A DNA stretch of 64,000 nt, from the NCBI GenBank assembly GCA_028534125.1, contig CM052818.1, positions 5,892,001-5,956,000 on the forward strand. Direction: 5' to 3'. The translations under genes were made by a program, and so were the position numbers. Shown piece after piece: positions 12,530-24,810 of this stretch. The DNA comes from Lama glama (Eukaryota). The notes below the pieces were generated by a model. It did not search any database, was not told the DNA's origin, and saw nothing but the letters and a program-made list of their open reading frames with translations. Position 1 is the first letter of the stretch. Each line of letters opens with the position of its first letter.

Positions 12530-13650
12530 CTATGACTCTGGGAAGAAAACATAGGCATATATCTTCATGACCTTGGATTAGGCAATAGTTTTTAAAATAT
12601 GACACCAAAAGCACAGGCACATAAGAGAAAAACACAGATAAATTAAACTTAATCAAAACTTAAAATTTTTGTGCTTTAAAAAACACAATTATAAAGTGAG
12701 AAGACAATCCATAGAATGGGAGAAAATATTATCAAATCACATATCTGATCAGAGACTTACGTCAAGAATATATAAAATATTTATACAATGCAACAATAAA
12801 AACAAATAATCCAATTAAAAATGAGCAAAGGATTTGAATGTCTTTCTCAAAGAATATTTGCCAGTGGCCAATAAACACATAAAAGATGCTCAGCATGATT
12901 CATTTGGGAACTGCAAATCAAAATGAGATACAACTTCACACCATGGATGGTTAAAGAATAAAATGTACAGTATTGTATAAAGATGAACAATAACAAATAT
13001 TGGTAAGGATGCGGATAAATTTGAACATTGCTCATGAGAATGTAAAGTAGTGCAGTCACTTTGGAAACCAGTTTGGAAGCTTATCAAAACGTTAAAGATA
13101 GAGTTTCCATATGACCCAGCAATTCCACTGCTGAGTATATATGCAAGATAATTGAAAACATACGCCCACAAAAAATCTTGTGCAAAAATGTTCATAGTAG
13201 CATTACTGATAATAACTAAAAATGCAAACAACTCCATCCAATGACGAATAAACAAAATGTGCTATGTCCATACAATGAACTATCAATCATTCAGCCATAA
13301 AATGAAACGAAGTACCGATACATGTAACAGCAAGAATGAGCCTTGAAAACATATGCTAAGTGAAAGAAGCCAGATACAAAAGAACAAATATTGTGTGATT
13401 CCATTTATGTGAAATGCCCAGATAGGTCAATCTATAGAAATAGATTGTAGTTCCGTGGTTGCCGGGAGGAAGAGAGAAAGGGTATGGGGAGTGATGTACT
13501 TTGGATAGGTGATGAAAATGTTCTGAAATCAGACAGTGCTGATAGTTCCCCAACTCTATGTGTGCACTAAAATCTACTTAATTGTTGTTTAAAAGGGTGA
13601 ATTTTTGGCATAGGAATTTATTTCAACAAAGATATTACTTTAAAAATATC
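12530..13650 (+). mobile_element. L1MB-type ORF2 end and 3' UTR
   Basis: cttcatgaccttggattaggcaatag; catatgacccagcaattccact; atgctaagtgaaagaagccagatacaaa; ggtgatgaaaatgttctgaaat. Confidence 0.85.
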
Positions 13651-13654
13651 TCAT

Positions 13655-14230
13655 GAGAGACATTGCTTTGGATGAATCAAATTAGCAATTAAAAAAAGAA
13701 AGATAATAACCAGGGTTGACAAAATTGTGGTGAAACAGTCATTCTTACATGCTGCTTGTTGGAATTCTGGAGAATATTTTTCCATGTGTATCAATAACAA
13801 TAAAATATTCTGCCCTCTCACACAGTATTTGTATATGATTTTCTATGCAAATAATCAAACAGCTAGACCCTCTCACCCCACATTTTGTCTGTGTGCTCAC
13901 TGGACAGTTGGAAATGATATGTATGATTTTTTGGATGGAAGTTGGCAAAGTAATTTTGTGTATGGTTCTAAGCTAGAACTCATATGATCTTCAAAATCAA
14001 ATTGTCAAAGGATATTTAATAACTTAGTGAAGTGCTTGTGATGTAATGGTAAGTGAAAAAAAGCAGTGTGCAGAGGTTTCTGATTCTTTTTTGGTAAGAG
14101 AGAGAGAGATGTGAGAGAGAGAAAGGAAAGTGAAACTAATGCAAAGAATTTAAAGTGGACTTCTAGTCACCCTGGAATTGATCAGTGCGTCTCTTAATAT
14201 GTGAAACTGAAAAGTGGGCAAAATAGAGAA
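13655..14230 (+). mobile_element. Degenerate L1ME-type fragment
   Basis: gtggtgaaacagtcattcttacatgctgc...; aatggtaagtgaaaaaaagcag. Confidence 0.5.
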
Positions 14231-14337
14231 AGTCCTCTAGGCGTAGTCTGTGTAACACAGTAATGAAGGACTGTTGGATGCTGTGTTTTCTACTTTGTAT
14301 TCTGCTTACTGTGCCTCTTATTGGATTTCTTTTCCCA

Positions 14338-14460
14338 ACTTCATTTAATTCAGTTCAATTAAACAAATATTCACTAAGTACCTCCTAAATGGGAGACCTT
14401 GCTCCCGGTGCCGTGGCAGAAGTAGAGATGAATGTGTAAGTAAGAGAAGCATTGACCACT
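14338..14460 (-). mobile_element. L2 3' end
   Basis: ttcaattaaacaaatattcactaagtacctcct...: reverse complement of the L2 terminus. Confidence 0.55.
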
Positions 14461-15379
14461 GGGTTCAAGCTGAGGAAGGAGACAGCTAAGAGAATAGAAA
14501 GCGGGGATCAAGGTAAGGTGAGGGTGAAGATGAGACCGAAGTGCAGGTGCAGTGGTCAGGAGAGGCAGGAGGGACAGGAAGAGGGGCGGTGCTTCGGCCT
14601 GGGGGTTGGCACGTTCCTGAGGGCTGATGAGACGGTCGTTACGGCCCACCTGTTTCCAAAACAGAGAAATAACTGTGAGAGCAGAGGAGGTGAAGGCACT
14701 TTTAGAACCTTGCACTTGGATGCTGAAGTCACGGGGATGAAAACAGATGAATTAGGAAGAAAGGCTGCACACCTGCTGTTGGGATCTGTGCAGCTGGCGT
14801 GTAGCAGGTATCTAAATAAATACCTACTGAAGGAATGAATGAGCTGCAAGTGTAGAAGATGACAGATACAATTGGGAAGAATTTAGAAATAGATCACAGC
14901 TAGAGGGAGGTTTGTTGAGGAACAGGATAGACCAGGACAAGGAGGCATAAGGGATTCTTAAGAATGGAAGTGTCTAACATCCATTTCTAGTTGGTGTGCT
15001 GTCTGTAATATTAAGCCTCTCTGTGGACTCAAACCTTCAGTAAATGTCTCACACACCTAGAGCCTGTGTGGTTACATTTTGAGGGGAATGGAAAGGGCTG
15101 AGACTAGTCTGGATGACTTGGAGAATATTTAAGGGAAGGTAACACCCAATGAGATCAAGAATTCAGTGGAAGCAGAAGATTGGCATCAAGAATGGGTGAA
15201 CATGAGACTTTGCCAACTCTGTAATTTCACAGAAATCTTGGGGCGTTTGTCTTCTGTAGAACGTGGGATATCTGGCTTAAGTTAATTTTCCAGAGACCTG
15301 AAAGGACAGGGAGACCGTGGCTCCATCTGACTCATTCTCCTTGGTCTTTATTAGATTGGTTTCTGACTGTAATCATCAG

Positions 15380-15900
15380 GGCTGGTGAGCGGAAGTGCAG
15401 TGAGTGATAAGGAGGGAATGTTAGATTAAGTAGGGGAAGTAATCACAGGCCACACAATCTCATTGTCCCTGACAAAGGGGATGAGTTTTGTTTTTTTCTT
15501 AAGTCTAAGGGAAGCTATTAGACAATTTTTAGCAGAGGAGAGACATGACTTGTGTTGTTTTAAGAGGATCACTTGGGCTGCCTGGTGGAGGTGTCCAGGA
15601 GTGGAATCAAGAAGACTAGCTAGGAAGCGGTTGTGGTCAACCAGGCGAGAGCAGATGGGGGACTTGGAGAAAGATGGTCTGATCCAGGTATATTTTAGAT
15701 TTGGAGTCAGTAGGATCCAGTGATGGGCTAGAAATTGTAAGAAAGAGAAAGAGAGATGACTCCTAGATTTTTGACGTTAGCAAGTGGGTGAATAGAGGCT
15801 GCATTTCCTATGAATGAAAAACCAGAAGAGGAGGCTTGGTTAAGAAAAATGAGTTTCATGCATGTTAAGATGGTAGGCTACTTTTCAAATCTGGGTGTGA
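15380..15900 (-). mobile_element. L2 LINE fragment
   Basis: ttttaagaggatcacttgggctgc; agatgactcctagatttttg; purine-rich antisense L2. Confidence 0.75.
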
Positions 15901-16059
15901 GCTGAGGACATGGGAATGGAGCAGAGGCCAAAAGAGCCGTCAAAGAATGGATCAGAGAGACCTCTTCGAAGAAGAGAATGGAAGAGACTAGAGGGTAAGG
16001 AATGTGGGGGCCACTCAGGGAAGGGAGTCACACGCAGCTGATCGTGGACACCATGTAGG

Positions 16060-16510
16060 CCACACTCTTTTGCCTGAAGAAGGATCTCGGCTTAGAGAGG
16101 TTAAAGGATTTGTCTAAGGCCAGCTGGCCAGGGGCAGACTTGACATGGGGACCCACGTGTCCTGACTCCTCCTGTGAGGCAGCGGGAGTTGATGTCTATG
16201 GAAGGCCCCACTGGTGTTTTCTCTAATTCAATACTTGTTACCAACCCTAGGCCCGGAGAGCGTTATCATCTTTCTCCCTTCTTAGGTAAGGAAATTGAGT
16301 CTTAGAGAGTCAGGTGCCATGTTCCTTATGCAAACATATGCAGTGGGTAAAATTTCTAGACGCATAGTCAAATAATTTCAGACCTTAGAGATGTCTAACT
16401 CCCTCATAGCACAGATCAGGAATCCAGTCCCCAGAGAGGTAAAGGAACTTGTCTGGGATCCTTCGATGGTGGAGCTAAGATTTGAACCTGCGTCTCACGG
16501 CTCTTTGCTC
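16060..16510 (-). mobile_element. Cluster of antisense MIR fragments
   Basis: ggcttagagaggttaaaggatttgtctaagg; aggaaattgagtcttagagag; cagagaggtaaaggaacttgtc...gatttgaacc. Confidence 0.65.
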
Positions 16511-18669
16511 AATGTTTAAAACAATTGGATTTCTAAAAATAATTTTCCCAAATAATTGTTTAAAATATCATGTTGGAGAGGATCAAACATATTATTAGAA
16601 CCAACATAGACAGCATTTCCTACTGTCTCTCAGTTTTCTGTATTTTATACCATCCCTGGAGAAGATTTTAAGAGTTTTGGTAAGACCATGGTGCTTACCC
16701 TGTTCTGGTCTACATGGTGAAAAATTGATTTTGTGATGATTCTTCCCTGTGTCTAATCAGGTCAATAAATTAAACTTATAGGTCTGTTATTCTAGGCCAT
16801 TCTTTTTCCCCTACCAAGAGCATTAGCCATGGCTGCTTTCCATAGACTACTCTGAAGCTTTCGTTGGCCTGTTCAGAATCTAACAGCAGCACGCCTTTGC
16901 TGCACACAGTGACCTCCTGTCCACCACCCCGCTTGCTGTATTATTGACTTTATTGTAGCTAAAGACAATGTGCCAAGGATAACTATTTCCTTTTATTTTT
17001 GGAAAGAGACACTGTTCCTGAGCTCTGATGGACAGCAGGTGAGATTTGTGAATTCCAAAATACCCTGATCGGATTCCTAATCCTGGGCCACATTCCCAGT
17101 TTCAGGAACTGTTTTAAATATGCCAGAAAAATCATATTCTTCCAGTGATGTCCAAATTTAATCCAGAGTTATCTAGGATAAAAATGAAGTTTCCAGACCA
17201 TGCACATCCATGATGAAACATTATTATTCAGAACATGTGTTTGGTTCTTTAAAAGAAATAAATGGAGGGTGATTTAAGTCCAAATTCTGCTACTGTAATT
17301 TCCTCTGTAAACTAAGCACGTTAGCTCCCCTTTGCAAAGAGGCCACTCAGTTTCAGCCCTGCCCTGATCATAAGTGATCATAAGAAACGGGGAAAAGACC
17401 TACCTTTTAAAATATGTGCCAGTCGTATCTTGGCCACTCGACAGGCTTTTTCCAAATACTGTTACTTCACCTTTGAGCTGTTATCGGCACCCGTGATTAA
17501 TTAATGGATTATTTACTCAAGTTGGTCTCCTCTCTCCTCTCCTTCTGGAAGAGATGCAGGAGACAAGTGAAGAAAAACCAGACGTGTGTATTCCATTTGA
17601 AATCCATGATTAAAAAGCTTAAAAATTCAAACCAATGGAAAAAACTGTTTTATTTTAATACTCTGGAAGGTTTCAGTGAACTCCATTATTTTCACTCACT
17701 ATTTGCTTGAATAATTTAGGCAAGAAAGCTAAATTATACATAAAGTGTACAGTTAGAAGAAAAAGTTCATGCACAGCCCTTAGGCTATAGCCTCCTCTAA
17801 TGATGTCTGAAGTCAGTGAAAGAACTCGTTAGACTGAGAGTAATTTCTCAGGGTTTAATTTTTTTTTTCTTAAAGCAATAATGTTCTTATAAAAATCTGA
17901 CAAATAATACACGAAAAGAAAAGCCACAAAAGACAGTTTCCAGTTAAGGCCTGAGCCCCTGTACGTTTTCATTTAATTTCATGTAAAACTTGGCTTTCCA
18001 CACACCGCAATAGACGCTTGTTGGCAGCCTGGAGTGATTTGATTCAGCAAGGAAAATACACGTCTTGATTCAATAGAGTTGCTATTTGGCCTCATCAGAA
18101 TTCTGAAGTTACAGAGTTAAAAGCAGACGCTTCAGGCTGAGAGACAAACTCGAAATCTGCTGCGGAAGGAAGCTCAGCATCCACTCAGGGCACCATCGCT
18201 GGAGCAAGTGGCTGCCACTTGCTAGGATATTGTACTTCAGGAGCTATCCGTGTCATTAAACATTTACAGATTCACTAAAATGTTCACATCCCCTTTAAGT
18301 GGAACAACAGAGAATCCGACAGCTGTTGAGATGACAGGAATATCAAAATGGTACTGTGGTCACCTTTGATTTCTGAGCTGCCTTTGTTCTTTCCTTAAAG
18401 TTGCACAGTTCAGCCCCTCTGTTTTACAGATGAGGGACCTGGGATCCGGAGAGGGAAAGGGACGGGCTCCAGGCTACACAGCTGAGATGTTTGTTCATTC
18501 ATTCCCAAAGGTTTGTACGCTTGGGGACCGAGAAAGGAGTTCCAGGCAGAGAGCCCAGCCATATGTGAAGGTAAAAAGGTGGGAACCAGCAGGATGCCTC
18601 GGGGAACTAGAGGGGCCAATTCTTCTCCCCCTGCTTCTAAGGAATCTGTACCCTGGTCGTGTGAGCTGG

Positions 18670-18915
18670 CAGAGAAGGGCACAGAGGGGCTGGAGCCAGA
18701 CTTCCTGCAACCGAACCCTGACTGTGCCTTGGAATAGCTGTAAGACCCTAGGCAGGTCACTCACCTCTCTCTGATTGATTTTCTCCAGCAACAGAATGAT
18801 GGTGGTAATAATAGAACCTACTTCCTAGGGCTGTTTTGAATGGATATTAATACACATAATGTGTTTACAGACAATGTGTAACACTTAAGAGTTATATAAA
18901 TATTAGTTATTACCA
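18670..18915 (+). mobile_element. MIR SINE
   Basis: tagctgtaagaccctaggcaggtcactcacctctctctg...taataatagaacctacttcctagggctgttttga. Confidence 0.8.
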
Positions 18916-18924
18916 TTAATGTTA

Positions 18925-19441
18925 ATAGACCATAAGCTCGTCCATCTGAGTGTCATTTCCTGGCCACAGCTGACCAGATGAGAGGTGGTGTTGACCCAGG
19001 TGGAGCATCTGTCAAGCAGCCAGTGTCCTGTTACTCATGTGTCCTATGTTTGAAGGGATAAATTGGGACATCCAAGTAGGGCTATCAAGAAATTATGAAA
19101 TGGGCAACCAAAGATCTGGGCTAGTTAACCAAGGGATGGAGGAAAAAGATAACTGAGGAGACTCAGGGCCTGGGCAGGCATTATGGTCCCAAGAGACAAA
19201 TGAAGTTATAAAGCTTTGGAGAAGCCAATTAGAGAGGAGGATGGGGCGTGGGCACAAGAGCATGCACATGCACACACACACACCCCCACACCCACCCACC
19301 CACACACACAGAGCCTCAGTTCCTAAAAACTTTGTATGTCTAGTCCAGTTCCATGGGTAAGCAATGCTCATGAAACCCTCTTCCCAGAGGTAGCCAGAGT
19401 GAGTCTCAGGTCCTTGCAATCAGAAGAAACTACCAAACACA
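18925..19441. mobile_element. Possible old ERVL solo LTR (LTR16/LTR33-like)
   Basis: tggccacagctgaccagatg...tgacccagg start and ccagagtgagtctcaggtccttgcaatcagaagaaactaccaaacaca end. Confidence 0.4.
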
Positions 19442-19469
19442 CAGAGAGCTCTGCGAGGGAGACGCACAA

Positions 19470-21300
19470 CGTTGGGCTATAGACAGAGGCCAACTGTGAA
19501 AGGCTGGATGCACCAGAGTGAAAGCCACTCGAAGTTACTGAAGGGTTGAAACCGCTGACTTATGTCTGATCAAATGTGTGATCAGCTCTGTAAGATCATC
19601 CATGCCACAGTGCAGAAGGTAAATTTGAAGGACAAAATAGACTAGAGGAGGGAGGCTAGTTAAAAGGTTTCGGGTATAATCGAGGTCAGAACTGATCAGG
19701 ATCTGGACTCAGCTCCTAGTGGTGGAAATGGGAAGAAAAATACAGATAAGGACGATATTGAGAACCTGCTGATGTGTTGTGGGCACAGAGAAGCTCCTGG
19801 AGTCCAGGGAAGATTTCTGACTTGAGCGTTTTGATAGATAAACCTGGAAACATAGTTTTGGGAGTAGAAATGGAGAGATTTGCCTTTGCATATGCTGAGT
19901 TGGAGGCATCTGTGGGAAATCCATGTGAAGATATTTCATTGCATTTGGTATGTGGTTATGGAGCTCAGCAAAGACTGGGATGATCAGTTTAGGAGTTTAC
20001 AGGATAATGATGGTAGTTGAAACTAGTGGTTTGGTTGTGTCTTTCAAGGTCAGTGTAGATGATGAGAAGAGAGGACCAAGGTTATAGTCTGGAGAACACC
20101 CATGTGTAAGGTGTGAGGGAGCAGAGGGCTTGTGCAAGGGTCCAGGAAAGAATGGATAGATAGATGGAAGAGACCCAGGAGAAAGTGGGAGAGGGAGCCT
20201 TGGGAGCCAACAGGGAGGAAATTTCAAGGTCAAGAGAGTCATCAGTAATAATCAAGTGCAGGAAAAAATTCTTGTAAGCGAAGGACACCAAATGATCTGT
20301 TAACTGTAGCAGCATGGAGGTTATTTAAGACCTAAGCTAAAGGAGTGAAGATAAAATAAAGATGACCAAGGACTGAGGTATGACAGGGAAAGAAAATAAA
20401 GGAAGAAAGCAAATACACAAAGAAAGAAAGATGAAAAGAACGTGGCACCAAATGAGGATTGTTGGTTTGTTTAGTAAAGACTAGACTTGACATGTGGATG
20501 AACTGAGTCGGAAAGAAGTTAGTGATACAGGAAACAAGTGTTCTGATAGAGCAGGGTGCCTCCAGAGGAGGTAGGAGAATACAGGGTCAAGGGCACAAGT
20601 GGAGAGGTAAGTCTTCGACAGGATGAGGGACAGTGTTTCCATGGAAACAGAAGGAAGGAGGAAAAGACGGAGGTTGGTGAGGTTGGGTTTGTAGTTGGTG
20701 ATTCAGCAAGTTGAGGGAGCTTTGTGTTTGAGGGGCTTGTTTTTCTCAGGGAAGTAGGAAGCGAGAACATTAACTGAGAACAAGGGGGAAAGCTATGATG
20801 TGAGGAGTCTGAAGAGGAAAGGGAAAGTTAGAAAAAAACACTGCAAGGACCAGGAGCAGGGCTGACCAGGAACTCAGAGAACTGTAGAGCCATTTAAGAG
20901 CGCAGCTGAGTTTGAAGACCATTGATGTATGGTGACAGCAGTCCATATGGTGATTTGATTTCTCCAACAGGAGTCCACATCCAAGAGAAACCAAGGTAGG
21001 AGAGAAACCAAAAGATGGGAGAATGCAGAACAGGTTTGATGGTAAAGCAAGAAGACAAGTCCAGAGTGATGATAAAAGAAAGATGGACTGATATACACTT
21101 TAGAGGGACAAAAGTGACTCAGGGTGGGGTGAGGGGGGCGTCAGCTTGGGAGGAAAGAGAGAGGGGTTTGGATTGGAAGCTTTGGGGTGGGTGGTCAGAA
21201 ACAGGGCATCATGAGAAAAGTGGTGACAAACAGGACAGGAGGTTATTATCAGTGTGTGGGATACTGGCGGTTAAGATTTCAGCAATAAAGTAGTTAATTG
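19470..21300 (-). mobile_element. Long degenerate L2 LINE
   Basis: Purine-rich strand with L2 motifs (catatgctgagttggaggcatctgtgggaaatccatgtgaagatatt; tggagctcagcaaagactgg; gagaagagaggaccaagg). Confidence 0.75.
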
Positions 21301-21924
21301 TTGCCCCAACCAAGACCAAAGGCAGGTCCCCTCATTTAGTCATAGATTTTCTTTTCCTGGAATGCCTCTGGCTTCTCTGAAAAGTCCTAGAGCCGTAACG
21401 AGAAGGCCAAACTTGTTATAGCCTGGCAAGAACATTTGCCAAGGTAATTTATCCTCTTTTGTCACTGGAGTTCCAACTGAGGCTGGGAAAGATTGAGAAA
21501 GTTTAATCACACTGTTCTTCAGAGTCCATTGCAAGGCATTAAACACTTGCTGTGATATTAGCAGTTTTACATCTTCCACTGGCATCATTTTGTCACATTG
21601 GTTTAATATTGCCATCATGTAGCTTCGTATTAATGTGATACAGAAGTAAAATTACATGTGCACTTTTCATAATGTTATATTGAAATCTAGCACGTATCTG
21701 ACACTAATACTATTCAAATTCCATAAAATATACAGTCCCTAATACAGAGACATTTTAATGTTATGTTAGAATTAGAATGCAGATCGCTCCACTTGCAGAC
21801 CTGCGCAGCGGAGGAAGAAAGACCGAAGGGCTGAACGTTTGCGAGCCCCCTGGAGAGCTATCCGAGGGTGGTTCCCGCATGGCACGGCCCCAGCCTCGCC
21901 TTCCCTGGCGGTCAGGGCATTAGA

Positions 21925-22258
21925 ACAAGAGCCAGAAAACTTTCTTTAAGAGACCAGTTACTAAATATTTTTGGCTTCGTGGACCATCTCGTGGCCACCA
22001 CTCCAGGTCGCCATGGTGGTGAGCCAGCAACCCGAGGTGAGGGTAGAGCAATACATGTGGCTGGCTTTTGAGAAATCTTTCTTTATTTAGACACTGGAAT
22101 TTGAATTGCGTATGCTTTTCACATGGCATGAAATAATATTCTTCTGATTTTCTTTTCAACTGTTTAAAAATGCAAAAACCATTCTAAGCGTGGGGGCTGT
22201 AGCAAAAGTGGGGAGGGGCAGATTTGTCCCTGGAGCCGGTGATCGCTGACCCCCGTGT
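21925..22258. mobile_element. MER58B-like hAT-Charlie element
   Basis: aaacttttctttaagagaccagttactaaatatttttggcttcgtggacca...gacactggaatttgaatt...ggcagatttgtccctggagccggtgatcgctgacccc. Confidence 0.75.
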
Positions 22259-23959
22259 TAGAAGATAAGGAAGCGGCAGGGCCCCCATCCAGGCTTCCCT
22301 GGTGAGCCTGACCCAGGCTCTCCCGCAGACCTGAGACCCGCTGGCACGTACATTCCCACCCTGACTTTGAGGGGGAGTAGACACATCTTTTTTGCTTTCC
22401 GTGTTTTCCATGTCCTTTCTTCTCACTCCGGAGAGCGGTCCCTGCCTGACTGTCACCTGGGCCTGTGCTCTGGCTGCCTGGCGGGAGCGCTGAAGGAGGC
22501 ATGTCATGACCTTGTGTATCAAAAATGAAACAATCTAATTCTTCAGGCTAGACCAAGCCCTTCTCTCTCTATTTAGCAGTAAAATATTTCCCAAGCAGAA
22601 AGCCAAAATTCTGCTAGTAAGTGCAATACATTGTTTTTGAGCTAATATATATATGTGTGTGTGTGTATGTAAAATTTTTAAAAATTTGACTTACTTTTAG
22701 TTAGATGTCATGTCTAGCAGGTAGCAGGCTTCAAATTCAATTTGGGTCCGTTTGAATCCACGCTGAAGTGACATCGTACACTTGCTCTGTTCTACCAGAG
22801 ACCTCAGTGGCTTCCCTCGCCCTCCTATTTTTTGGGTTCGATTCAATAGGGTAAGACAGAGATACTCCTAATAGATGTCTGAATAACCAGCAGGATGTAA
22901 GGAAGACTGGGGCACCTTCAGCAGGAAGCCTGGACTTAGACTATGTGGAGCGTTTCATCAATGGGGAGAAAAAGGAGACTGGGGTTGGTGGATGGTGAAG
23001 GGTGAGGGAGCACTTAGGGGAGTGGAGTGGGCAAGGGAGGGAGGAAAAGTTCATCGGGTTTACCTTTGCACCGTGCATCTCCTTTTCTGTGTGTTGCTCC
23101 ACCTGGTCCACAGAGCTGGCCCTGTGATCTTCTTGTGATGCAGCTGGGGAGGCGGTGGAGGGGGGTGGAAGTACCGCTGTGGGCAGGGGCTAAGCAACTG
23201 GAAAGCCAGTCATAGGAGCAACCGGATGGCAGACTGATGTTTTACTTCCAGAGACGGATTTTCTTTTTCTTTTTCTTTTTTTCTTCTTCTTCTTTTTTTT
23301 TTTTTTTGATTAGGCCTCAACCCAGAGACAAGGACTCATTGCTATCTCACATCCTCCAGACACACAGTAGGAAGAAAGAGTAGGATCCCCATTCTCTCCA
23401 AAGAAGGGAGTTAAGCTTTACTTTCTGATTGTTTCAGAGGAGGGTGGAGGGAACGCTACTAACATCCTGCAGGTCCCCAGGACACTGAGTCCTTCTGGTC
23501 CAATCCAGGGAAGAATATATTTCTGGTCATGGGTTTCAGTAGGTGCAATGGTAGACTTGGCACCATATCTCGTTGCCCCAGGCTGTCCTGGCGAGATGGG
23601 CACTGGGGCCATTCCCTATGGAGCCAACTGGGTGTGGTCCTGATTCTTGCTGAGGGTGGCCAAGCCTTGAGAGGGGAGGTTCCCCAGTTGCAAAGAATCC
23701 ACTCATCCTTCAAAAACAGACACCTGAAAGAATAGGCTGACCACTGGACCCTTTTGGCCTGGGACAATCCCAGGCATTTCTTTTCCGACTAGTTATTAAT
23801 GGTGCCCCTTCCTTTTGACTGTTGCATTGCATAATAAATGATATTCACTCGAACCGAAAGTTACTATATCCCAAGTCTAGCTTTCTGTGTCCTGATCAGA
23901 TCCCAGTTGTCTGCTTATAAATGGCCCAGTTTATACTGAAAGCTTATGACCTTCAGCTG

Positions 23960-24350
23960 CTTTTAGCAATAGTCTATTCAAAAGTGACATTTTCTTGGAG
24001 CAGCCAGCCAGTGTGAGGGGGCAGAGTATCTGAGGAACAGAGTTGAGTGGAACATAAGGAAAGGTATATTCAATGCTGTTGGGGTTGGAGGACAGAAAAG
24101 ATTTCACAAAGAAAACATTTTGAGGAAAGAGGGAAAGGTGTTGCAGGCAGAGGGGACAGTGGAGCCGAGGCAGAGAAGTGAGGAACAGCATTGACACCTT
24201 GGGGCAATTGAAAAGTGATGAGAAGAGCAGACGTGCAGAGAGCAAGCTGGGTGGATGAGCCACCAGGAAAGGCACTGGAGGGAGAGGTGGGGTCTGGACC
24301 ACACCGGGCCCTTGGTACCTCGTTGGGGAGCTTCAGCTGAATCTTGTAGC
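23960..24350 (-). mobile_element. L2 fragment
   Basis: ggaaaggtgttgcaggcagaggggacagtggagccgaggcagag typical of antisense L2. Confidence 0.65.
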
Positions 24351-24399
24351 CCCTGGAACTCATACCTGCCTATCTTCTGAAAACCTAGAAAACATTTTA

Positions 24400-24810
24400 A
24401 ATGAAGATTTATTCCAAGCCAAACACAGACACAACTTTTTTAATAAAATTAAGAAATTGTAAATATGGACTCAGTATTGATTATGTCAAGGACCTATCAA
24501 TCATTACATTTATTGTTTTGCAATAAATAAATAAATAAATAATAGCCCTTAATTTTTTTTTTCTGAGATATATGCTTGAGTACATAGGGATCAAATGATA
24601 TAATATCTGGGATTTACCTTAAAATATTCCAGCAGAAAAAAAGGGGAGGGGGAATCTTGAAAAAAGTGGGAGTGGGTAGAGGGAAATGTGGATGGTTGTT
24701 GGAGCTGGGGGACAGGGGTAGGCATAAGGGAAGAGATGTCTTGTATTTTCCACCTATGAGTATGTTTAGAAATCTTCATAACAAGAAGTTAAAACAAACA
24801 AAAAAAAGTC
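24400..24810 (+). mobile_element. L1M 3' end
   Basis: atatctgggatttaccttaaaatattccagc; tatgtttagaaatcttcataacaagaagttaaaa. Confidence 0.7.

Noticed and set aside
16268..16291. Recursive splice site-like tttctcccttcttag|gtaagg on the + strand
   Set aside because: Lies in an antisense MIR remnant, and I see no supporting + strand transcript.
17365..17384. 10-bp tandem duplication tgatcataag x2 (also actcgtacag x2 at 28163-28182)
   Set aside because: Ordinary slippage duplications with no array structure.
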